From contig NJBF01000036.1 of assembly GCA_003144275.1 (NCBI GenBank), forward strand, positions 1 through 32,000: 32,000 nt of DNA. Reading direction: 5' to 3'. Source of the stretch: Candidatus Heimdallarchaeota archaeon B3_Heim (GTDB lineage: Archaea; Asgardarchaeota; Heimdallarchaeia; Hodarchaeales; Hodarchaeaceae). A program made the translations under genes and the position numbers. How positions within the stretch are numbered: the stretch's first letter is position 1; each line of letters begins with the position of its first letter. Positions 8,882 through 17,041 of this stretch are shown here, piece by piece. Under the pieces are notes generated by a model that was not told the origin of the DNA, did not search any database, and saw nothing but the letters and a program-made list of their open reading frames with translations.

Positions 8882-8913
8882 CGAAATTTTCGAAATATCA
8901 GAAATCTTTTCGA
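8882..8913. promoter_or_regulatory. Candidate operator in the divergent cyclase/gdh promoter region
   Basis: CGAAA-T-TTTCG palindrome at 8882-8892, with a degenerate second copy (GAAATCTTTTCGA) at 8901-8913. Confidence 0.3.
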
Positions 8914-9027
8914 TTTTATTACGATTAGGTATTTCTTAATATACTCAATTGGAGTTTTAAATGCCTTAAGAAGTCTAAAATGCATGACGAAAAATATTTC
9001 ACGTCAAGAACGTGGAGGATGTTTATA

Positions 9028-10146
9028 GTGAAAGCAATAGCTGTTATACCAAAAAAGAAAGGGAGTTTACAATTAATTGACCAAGATAAACCATCTATCG
9101 ATCAAATACAAGATCATCGAGGAGTATTAATTAGAGTACTACAATGTGGGGTAGATGGGACAGACAAGGAGATCGTTGAGGCTAACTACGGAAATCCCCC
9201 TTTAGGAGATGATCATTTAATTTTAGGTCACGAATGCCTTGGAATTGTGGAAAAAGTAGACCAAAATGTGACTGAACTTAATCCCGGTGACTTTGTTGTC
9301 CCCACTGTCAGGAGAGCGTGTGGAAATACTATTTATGATACAATTGGCACTTCTGACGTGACTACTGCTGACACTTACTGCGAACACGGTATCAATTTAC
9401 TTCATGGATTTTTAACAGAATATTTCATCGATCAACCAGAAAATTTAGTGCGAATTCCAAGTAATCTCAAAGAAGTGGCTGTGCTTCTTGAACCAACAAG
9501 TATTGTTGAAAAAGGTATTATGCACGCTGTTGAGATCCAACGCCGATTGAAAATCTGGAGACCTAAACGAGCTGCTGTTCTTGGAGCTGGGCCAATTGGG
9601 ATATTAGCAGCACTAATGTTGAGGTTAAGAGGAATTGAAACTTACGTTATTTCTCGTACTCAAGCTCCCTATTTAAATTCTGATTTAGTAGAGGAAATTG
9701 AGGCCAAGTATATTAGCACAAAAGATATTTCTTTTAAAGATGCAGCAGACAAATTTGGCCCCTTTGACATAATTTTTGAAGCAACTGGTTTTTCACCACT
9801 AGTTTTTGAAGCTATGGAACTTTTAGGCAAGAATGGGATCCTTATACTTTCTAGTATTACTGCTAATGATCGAAAAGTTGAAATTTCTGCTGATAAAATC
9901 AATTTAGACTTCGTTTTAGGTAATAAGGTTTGTTTTGGAACAGTAAATGCTAACAGGGAACATTTTGAACAAGGAGTCAGGGATTTATCCCAAGCCCTCC
10001 TTCAATATCCAAACTGGCTTTCAAAACTTCTTACTCATCCAATTAAGGGATTAGATCAATATGAAGGATTAGTAAAAACTCTTTGTGGCCCTTCAAAGGG
10101 AGTCATTAAATTATTTTGTGAGGTTAGCCCTTTTCCTGAACAGTAG
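9028..10146 (+). CDS. gdh: Zinc-dependent (MDR) glucose 1-dehydrogenase
   Basis: GVDGTD, LILGHE, VLLEPTS, VLGAGPIG, FEATG and GTVNANREHF. GTG 9028 is 9 nt after GGAGG (track start 8980). Confidence 0.88.
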   Translation: MKAIAVIPKKKGSLQLIDQDKPSIDQIQDHRGVLIRVLQCGVDGTDKEIVEANYGNPPLGDDHLILGHECLGIVEKVDQNVTELNPGDFVVPTVRRACGNTIYDTIGTSDVTTADTYCEHGINLLHGFLTEYFIDQPENLVRIPSNLKEVAVLLEPTSIVEKGIMHAVEIQRRLKIWRPKRAAVLGAGPIGILAALMLRLRGIETYVISRTQAPYLNSDLVEEIEAKYISTKDISFKDAADKFGPFDIIFEATGFSPLVFEAMELLGKNGILILSSITANDRKVEISADKINLDFVLGNKVCFGTVNANREHFEQGVRDLSQALLQYPNWLSKLLTHPIKGLDQYEGLVKTLCGPSKGVIKLFCEVSPFPEQ

Positions 10147-10157
10147 TGGTGAGCTCG

Positions 10158-12833
10158 ATGTCAAATCATATTTTAAAAACTGAAGAGGGAAAACGTCTAC
10201 TGGAAGATCGTGATAAACAAAAACACTGGAAACGTTGGGGACCATATCTCAGTGAACGCCAGTGGGGAACCGTTAGAGAAGATTATAGTTCTGACGGAGA
10301 TGCGTGGGGTTCTTTTCCTTTTGACCATGCACAATCTAGAGCTTATCGTTGGGGAGAAGATGGACTTGGTGGAATTAGCGACAATCACCAGCGCTTATGT
10401 TTTGCCCTAGCTCTTTGGAATGGAAAAGATTCATTACTTAAAGAAAGATTATTTGGCTTAACTAATCCTCAAGGTAATCATGGTGAGGATGTGAAGGAAT
10501 ATTACTTCTATTTAGACTCTTCTCCCACCCACTCTTATATGAAATTCCTCTATAAATATCCTCAATTAAAATTTCCATACGAACAACTCGTGTCTGAAAA
10601 TCAAAAACGTTCGCGTTCAGATCCAGAGTATGAACTTCTTGACACGGTTTTATTTGATGAGAACAAATATTTTGATGTTACAGTGGAATATGCGAAATCA
10701 AATCCTGAGGATATTCTGATCAAAATTACTATTATCAACCAGGGACCTAAAGAGGCAGAAATATTCCTTTTACCCTCATTATGGTTTCGTAATACATGGT
10801 CTTGGAATGAAACAGATGAGAAGCCATCTTTAATTCAGAAGAACAGGGCCAATTCTATCTCAGAAGTTGAGGTATCTCATCCTAGCTTAGGAAGACGCTG
10901 GTTTTATAGTGAAAATCCAGAAAATCTTTTATTTACGGAAAATGAGACAAATTTTCAACGTTTATACGGAATTAATAATAATTCTCTTTATACAAAAGAC
11001 GGCATAAATGACTATATTGTCAACAGTCATCAAGAAGCCATTAATCCTGAAAAACGGGGAACCAAACTCGCAGTTCTTTATAAACATACTATAAAATCGA
11101 AATCTAACTTTGTTGTTCGTTTAAGATTGACTAATCAACTCTTAGACCTTTCAGACCCTACCTCAGTTTTTGGTCATGGTTTTGAAGAGATTTTTGAACA
11201 ACGTATGCGAGAAACTGATGATTATTATAATAGTTTTATTCCCACCTCATCAGATGAAGATCTGAAGAATATCCAACGACAGGCATTCGCAGGAATGTTA
11301 TGGACCAAACAATATTATCATTATATTGTCCAAACATGGTTAAAAGGGGATAAAGATTCAAAACCTCCACCAGAACGATTTCATGGCCGAAATTCAGATT
11401 GGGTTCATCTCTATACAGATGATATATTATCTATGCCTGATAAATGGGAATATCCTTGGTTTGCTAGTTGGGATACTGCTTTTCACTTGATTCCTTTAGT
11501 TATGGTTGATCCAGAATTTGCCAAAAAGCAATTACTTCTCTTAACGAGAGAATGGTATATGCATCCCAATGGTCAAATTCCTGCTTATGAATGGAATTTT
11601 GAGGATGTTAATCCGCCTGTACATGCGTGGGCAGCATGGAGAATATTCAGAATAGAAACTGAAATGTATGGTAAAAAAGACCGCATTTTCCTTGAACGAG
11701 TATTTCAAAAATTGTTGCTTAATTTCACGTGGTGGGTCAACAAGAAAGATAGAGATGGGAAAAGTGTGTTTCAAGGTGGATTTTTAGGATTAGACAATAT
11801 TGGTGTTTTTGACCGTAGTGGACGACATTTAGAAGAAGATATTCCCTATTCTTCACTTGATCAGGCAGATGGAACCGCTTGGATGGGTATGTATTGTCTT
11901 AACATGCTTAGAATTTCATTAGAATTAGCTCAGGAAAACCAAGCCTACGAGGACATCGCGAGCAAATTCTTTGAGCATTTCTTGTACATTGCTAATGCGA
12001 TGAATGATGTTGGGTTATGGGATGAAGAGGATGGGTTTTACTACGATACTATCCATTTTCCAAATCAGGAGCATCAGTCATTAAAAGTTCGGTCAATGGT
12101 AGGCTTAATTCCTCTTTTTGCTGTAGAATCAATTGACCGATCGCTCATTGAAAACCTTCCTGATTTCAAAAGAAGAATGGAATGGTTTATTGAAAATCGA
12201 CCCGATTTAGCTAAGAACGTTATCTGCCAATCTGGTGAATCAAAGCAGCATATCTTTTCACTCGTTAAAAAGGATCAATTAACACGTATTTTAAAGAGAT
12301 TACTTGAACAAAATGAATTTCTCAGTCAATATGGTATCCGTGCACTTTCAAAGTATCATCAAGAGTCACCTTATGTCTTTCAAGTGGGAAATCATAGTCA
12401 TAGCGTTTTCTATGAACCTGGTGAATCCAATAGTAGCATGTTTGGTGGAAATTCGAATTGGAGGGGGCCGATATGGTTTCCTGTGAATTTTCTTATTATT
12501 GAGTCTCTAAAAAAGTTCTCACACTACTTCAGAGACAGTATGAAAGTGGAATGCCCCACAGATTCAGGTAATTTCTTAACACTAAGGGAAGTCTCCCTAC
12601 AGATTTCCAGTAGACTTAGCAATATTTTTAAAAGAAATAATTCTGGAAAGCGACCTGTTTATGGTCAAACAGATAAATTTCAGCTTGATTCAGCGTGGAG
12701 GAATTTAATCTTATTCTATGAATATTTTCATGGTGAAGATGGTTCTGGCATAGGTGCAAGTCATCAGACGGGATGGACAGGCCTTATAGCCATTCTAATT
12801 CAACAACTTAGTGAAAATGAGTTAAAGATGTAG
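10158..12833 (+). CDS. MGH1-like/GH63-type alpha-glucosidase
   Basis: WKRWGPYLSERQWGTVREDYS, SMPDKWEYPWFASWDTAFH, NWRGPIWFP, FYEYFHGE and GASHQTGWT. ATG 10158 follows GGTGAG. Confidence 0.9.
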   Translation: MSNHILKTEEGKRLLEDRDKQKHWKRWGPYLSERQWGTVREDYSSDGDAWGSFPFDHAQSRAYRWGEDGLGGISDNHQRLCFALALWNGKDSLLKERLFGLTNPQGNHGEDVKEYYFYLDSSPTHSYMKFLYKYPQLKFPYEQLVSENQKRSRSDPEYELLDTVLFDENKYFDVTVEYAKSNPEDILIKITIINQGPKEAEIFLLPSLWFRNTWSWNETDEKPSLIQKNRANSISEVEVSHPSLGRRWFYSENPENLLFTENETNFQRLYGINNNSLYTKDGINDYIVNSHQEAINPEKRGTKLAVLYKHTIKSKSNFVVRLRLTNQLLDLSDPTSVFGHGFEEIFEQRMRETDDYYNSFIPTSSDEDLKNIQRQAFAGMLWTKQYYHYIVQTWLKGDKDSKPPPERFHGRNSDWVHLYTDDILSMPDKWEYPWFASWDTAFHLIPLVMVDPEFAKKQLLLLTREWYMHPNGQIPAYEWNFEDVNPPVHAWAAWRIFRIETEMYGKKDRIFLERVFQKLLLNFTWWVNKKDRDGKSVFQGGFLGLDNIGVFDRSGRHLEEDIPYSSLDQADGTAWMGMYCLNMLRISLELAQENQAYEDIASKFFEHFLYIANAMNDVGLWDEEDGFYYDTIHFPNQEHQSLKVRSMVGLIPLFAVESIDRSLIENLPDFKRRMEWFIENRPDLAKNVICQSGESKQHIFSLVKKDQLTRILKRLLEQNEFLSQYGIRALSKYHQESPYVFQVGNHSHSVFYEPGESNSSMFGGNSNWRGPIWFPVNFLIIESLKKFSHYFRDSMKVECPTDSGNFLTLREVSLQISSRLSNIFKRNNSGKRPVYGQTDKFQLDSAWRNLILFYEYFHGEDGSGIGASHQTGWTGLIAILIQQLSENELKM

Positions 12834-12884
12834 GTGGAAATCCAATAGATTTGTTAGGAGGTTTTACCAATCGAACTTAACCAA

Positions 12885-14348
12885 TTGTATGAAATTAATA
12901 CACGAGTTTGGCTATATTCACTTCAAAAAAAACTCAACAAAGATTTAACTCTGATGACTATCCCAGACGAACTTTGGACAAGTATTATTGAAAAGGGGTT
13001 CGATTGGATTTGGCTTATGGGAGTTTGGGAACATTCATCCCTTCCCCAAGAGGAATTAGCAAAACACCCCGGATTAACCAAAGAAATAAGCAATTCACTA
13101 CCCAATTGGAATCCTGTAGATGTGATTGGCTCACCGTATTCAATTATCAAATATGAATTAAATCCACAATTAGGCCTCCCTGGAGATTTAAAGTCCCTTA
13201 AACAGAAATTGAATGATTTGGGTGCAAAGTTAATGCTTGATTTTGTCCCCAATCACTTTGGGAGTGCTTCAGAATTAGTTTTAACGAATCCAGAATATTT
13301 TATCTCAACAGACAATAGGCCACATTATCAATCACTATTTAAACAGGTAGAAACAGAGAAAGGAATACAATGGATAGCTTATGGGAAAGACCCTTACTTT
13401 CCTCCATGGACTGATACGTTTCAGCTCAACTATTTCAATGAAAATACACGTGAGTACATGATCACAGTATTAAATAAAGTTGTTAGTGAGTGTGATGGTG
13501 TGCGATGCGATATGGCTATGCTCTGTCTCAACGATATTATACAACAGACGTGGGGATTTTATCTTGAACAAAAGAGGCATTTTGACACCCTTTCTTCAGA
13601 ATTTTGGCCTGATGCAATAAAGACTATAAAATCTAATTTTCCTGAAATTCGTTTTCTTGCTGAAGTTTATTGGAATCTTGGTTGGAAATTACAGCAAATG
13701 GGGTTTGATTATACTTATGATAAAGACCTTTATGACCTATTAGAGAATGGATCAACGGAAAAAATCCAAACGCATCTTTCCGCTGATAAATCTTATCTCA
13801 TGAAAAATATGAGATTTATCGAGAATCATGATGAAAGACGAGCTCACAACGTTTTCGGACATGAAAAATCAATTGCTGCAGCAATCATTATGGGCACCGT
13901 GCCTGGGTTGAGTTTATACCATCAAGGTCAGCTGGAAGGTGAAAAAATCAAAATTCCAGTGCAATTGAGACAAAAACAATCAGAAAAATCTGATCCTTTG
14001 ATTCAAGAAGCTTATGATCGAATTTTGGAATTTACAAATCAAATCAAGTCTCATGATTACCAGTGGGCATTATTGTCTACCTCAAACTCTAATATCTTAG
14101 CTTGGAAATGGCATGCCCCCAATTCAACCAAATCGTTTCTTGTCGTGGTTAACTACGCATCCTTTCAATCTCAAGGAAATGTTTTCCTTCCACTCCATAG
14201 TGAATTCAGTAATATTGAGCAATTCGACCTTTATGATATTTTCAATGAGAAAAAATACTCCAGAAAAGGAGCCGATCTAAAGGAATATGGCCTTTTTGTA
14301 GATCTTCAACCTTTTCAAAATCATCTTTTTATTGTCGAACCCAATTAG
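12885..14348 (+). CDS. GH13 alpha-amylase family glycosidase
   Basis: YEINTRVW, GSPYS, LMLDFVPNH, DGVRCDMA (nucleophile), FLAEVYW (acid/base) and FIENHDE. The true start may be ATC at 12870 (see findings). Confidence 0.9.
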   Translation: MYEINTRVWLYSLQKKLNKDLTLMTIPDELWTSIIEKGFDWIWLMGVWEHSSLPQEELAKHPGLTKEISNSLPNWNPVDVIGSPYSIIKYELNPQLGLPGDLKSLKQKLNDLGAKLMLDFVPNHFGSASELVLTNPEYFISTDNRPHYQSLFKQVETEKGIQWIAYGKDPYFPPWTDTFQLNYFNENTREYMITVLNKVVSECDGVRCDMAMLCLNDIIQQTWGFYLEQKRHFDTLSSEFWPDAIKTIKSNFPEIRFLAEVYWNLGWKLQQMGFDYTYDKDLYDLLENGSTEKIQTHLSADKSYLMKNMRFIENHDERRAHNVFGHEKSIAAAIIMGTVPGLSLYHQGQLEGEKIKIPVQLRQKQSEKSDPLIQEAYDRILEFTNQIKSHDYQWALLSTSNSNILAWKWHAPNSTKSFLVVVNYASFQSQGNVFLPLHSEFSNIEQFDLYDIFNEKKYSRKGADLKEYGLFVDLQPFQNHLFIVEPN

Positions 14349-14350
14349 TA

Positions 14351-15064
14351 TCAATCAGCCCACGCTAGATGAAGATTTAGTGCTATGAGAGCTATTAATG
14401 CAATTATTACCTGCGTATGAATCCCTCTGGCGATACGTCTAGCTTTTTTCATCAAAGGGGCCTTTCTCCACCAATTTACCCTTATTAATATTCCTGCAAT
14501 TGCTAAATATGTTCCATAAGATATAGCAATCCACGCGAAAAAGAAATTTGGGCCACTGTGATCTTCAAATAGACTAATCAAATGAATAATCACCAACCCA
14601 CAGAGTATAAGACACCCAATGCAATGTACATTTAATAAAAACCTACGAATCGTGAAGTATATGGAAAGACTCGTTTTTTTTGAGTTGTATATCGTTAATT
14701 TTTCATCTCCTCCCTCCATCGTTCTATTTTTCTGATATTGATGGTAGCGAACTATCGGTTTTTCTAACGAATAGACTAGTAGATCTTTAAGGTAGATCCA
14801 CAATACAAATGGTACAATTAATGACCCTGCAAATGAATTTGCTGTATTTCCGAATGACTTTCCAAGATCTTTCTCAGTTTCCAAAGAAATATCTAGATTC
14901 GTTTTGAGTAGGATGGCGATTAAGGCAAATATCATTACCAATGAAAGAGAGAAGAGGAGCGTTTTTGGATATTTAATCTGCTTCCTTATTGCTCTGCTTA
15001 GAGTCTTTTTAATTATTCCGTTAAGTTGTCCATTCACCCAAAATCCATCCTTGATCAACTGCAA
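14351..15064 (-). CDS. Membrane protein with paired transmembrane histidines (possible ferric reductase-like/cytochrome b heme-binding domain)
   Basis: About five hydrophobic helices; H-x13-H (HCIGCLILCGLVIIH) and H-x15-H (HTQVIIALIALIALNLH). Start uncertain (TTG 15064 or 15058). Confidence 0.6.
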   Translation of the reverse strand: MQLIKDGFWVNGQLNGIIKKTLSRAIRKQIKYPKTLLFSLSLVMIFALIAILLKTNLDISLETEKDLGKSFGNTANSFAGSLIVPFVLWIYLKDLLVYSLEKPIVRYHQYQKNRTMEGGDEKLTIYNSKKTSLSIYFTIRRFLLNVHCIGCLILCGLVIIHLISLFEDHSGPNFFFAWIAISYGTYLAIAGILIRVNWWRKAPLMKKARRIARGIHTQVIIALIALIALNLHLAWAD

Positions 15065-15251
15065 TAGATATCGGCCATTTTATTATTTCCTCTAATTGTT
15101 CATTTTGTATTAAATGTCTCTCTGACATCTAAATTACTTCTTTGTTCTTTTGTTTATGCACCTCCGAATTCCATAACAATGAACGATATCCAAAAGTGTG
15201 AGGGTACTTTATCTCTGGTGTAAATAGAGCACTTTTTAATAAATTCGTCAG

Positions 15252-15797
15252 ATGAATTCAATTATGTCACAAAATGAATCAAAACAGTGGTTATTACCTA
15301 AACGGGCATTTGATGATTGTTTTGGTTGTGCTCCGCACAATACGAAAGGACTGAAGCTTCAATTTTGGTATACAGAAAAAGGGTGTATTAGTTACCATAG
15401 TATACCTAAAGAGTATTGTGGATTTACGGGATTGGTTCATGGAGGCATAATCGCTACACTTCTAGATGAAGTAGCTGCCTGGACCATAATAGCACACCTA
15501 TTTCGAATAGGTATTACTGTCCAAATAACGGTAAAGTATCTGAAACCCATCCCGACAGAAGAAGAGTTAATAATTCAAGCGGAGATTCTAGAGCATAACG
15601 GGGAAAACGTCACAGTTCTTGCGAGAATCCAGTCTAAAAAAGGACTAATTCTTGCAGAAGCTCAAAGTAAATGGTTGATTCCGAGTAACACGCTCCTAGA
15701 AAAAATCACAGGTTTAAACTCTCAAGAACTAAATCATTTACTAAAGGAAACGATTGAGCCAATTCAAAAAAAGCAATTAACACATCAGAATGAATAG
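15252..15797 (+). CDS. PaaI-family (hotdog fold) thioesterase
   Basis: CFGCAPHN..GL, GLVHGGIIATLLDE and YLKPIP motifs. Confidence 0.9.
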   Translation: MNSIMSQNESKQWLLPKRAFDDCFGCAPHNTKGLKLQFWYTEKGCISYHSIPKEYCGFTGLVHGGIIATLLDEVAAWTIIAHLFRIGITVQITVKYLKPIPTEEELIIQAEILEHNGENVTVLARIQSKKGLILAEAQSKWLIPSNTLLEKITGLNSQELNHLLKETIEPIQKKQLTHQNE

Positions 15798-15978
15798 CAA
15801 TTTGCTCTATAGCAAGAAAGACATAGTTTCTACTAATTTAAATGAAAGATAATGACACTAGTTCGAAATAAACCAAATTATCACCTGGAAGATCCAATAT
15901 GGAAAGATCCAATACCTCCTCCTGAGAATTTACCTCAGATTTTGCTTCGATGCTTGATCTCATTGCGTTAAATAGCCT

Positions 15979-16195
15979 AGGTATGACTAGATTTGTCAGA
16001 CAACTCTTGAAAAGAGTTCTGGACAGGATGAGTCACACATCCGCTATCCGGCAGATTAGCACCACTAAAAGGGTTACTATTCATTGGGACTACTTGAAGC
16101 GTCCTTACTGCTGATATCCCCAGCGCTAATACCTCTCACGTCTAAAGGGTCATTCTTCTCTTGCCTTTGACGGGTAACTCGTCTCACGTAGTTAC
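15979..16195. ncRNA. Candidate structured non-coding RNA, family unassigned
   Basis: No long ORF; higher GC than the flanks; about eight back-to-back hairpins; long-range AGGTAT (15979-84)/ATACCT (16129-34) closing helix. Strand not resolved. Confidence 0.4.
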
Positions 16196-16453
16196 AAGTG
16201 AATAAGACCCAAGAAGTTAGGAATTTTTCTTTTCATCACCTCGCTTGGAAGAGGTTATGGAGGGAGGCTTTTTATGAATGTAAGAGAGAGGGAGAGGTTA
16301 GCGAATACGAGGAATCTCGCTTTGTCGGACAAAAATGATCATGGAGTAAGGAAGAAAAAAATGTACCGGTTAACGAACTATGACTAAAATGCCTCTTAAA
16401 GTACCTTACTTCTAACCTTAATCATATGAATAATCGTTAAGAGACGAATAAAA

Positions 16454-16924
16454 ATGCCAAAAAAGAAAAGGGGAAGAAAGGCAGCAGTCCCAAAAAAAAC
16501 AACTGCTGAAAAAACAGTAAAGACGATGCCATTATCAAAGATTTATGATTCAACTTCCATCTACACAACCCATCCCATTAGGAATTACGAGATTTCAAAG
16601 AAGTTTTATGAAGATATTTTAGAGTTACCAGTTAATCTGGAAATTCCTATGGCGGGATGGTACGAATTCCAATTACCTGTAAAAGGCGCAATGTTAGGTT
16701 TAAGTCAATATCGGGAAGAATCGGGTGAATTCAAACCTGCGAACTCGTTGAATATATCTATTTCTGATGTAGAAAAGGCCAAAGCCTCACTTGAATCAAA
16801 AGGAGTATCAACTTCTGATATTATTGACTATCCTGGTATGGTTTCAATGATTTCCTTCGAAGACCCTGATAAGAATAACATCTTTCTTATTGGTCCTCCC
16901 AGAGTAAAGAACAGTGAGAAATAA
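16454..16924 (+). CDS. VOC (glyoxalase/bleomycin resistance) family protein with basic N-terminal extension
   Basis: SKKFYEDILEL, WYEF, LNISISDVEKAKASLESKGV and SFEDPDKNNIFL motifs; extra N-terminus MPKKKRGRKAAVPKK. Confidence 0.85.
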   Translation: MPKKKRGRKAAVPKKTTAEKTVKTMPLSKIYDSTSIYTTHPIRNYEISKKFYEDILELPVNLEIPMAGWYEFQLPVKGAMLGLSQYREESGEFKPANSLNISISDVEKAKASLESKGVSTSDIIDYPGMVSMISFEDPDKNNIFLIGPPRVKNSEK

Positions 16925-17041
16925 ACATTCTCATTTCTCCTTCTGAATAAATTGTTCCATTCATGGATATTCCCCCGAGTCTACCTGAATATCTATATTT
17001 ATGAAATCTCTCAAAAAATGAATACTCAGAGGTAATTCGTT

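Noticed and set aside
15055-15078. Selenocysteine read-through of Cys-Ser-TGA in the MADIYCS uORF
   Set aside because: The frame meets another TGA seven codons later and resembles no selenoprotein.
16085-16127. Group I intron core (minus-strand GCTGGGGA / ATCAGCAG / TAGTCC resemble P, Q and S elements)
   Set aside because: No room for P3, P8 or a proper P7, and no interrupted host gene.
15979-16136. Lysine, cobalamin or TPP riboswitch, RNase P RNA or SRP RNA as the identity of the structured element
   Set aside because: Only scattered short matches; the diagnostic conserved cores could not be found on either strand.
16192-16236. Minus-strand ORF MKRKIPNFLGLIHL* just before the hairpin array
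   Set aside because: The GAGGTG abuts the ATG with no spacer, and 14 codons is within chance.
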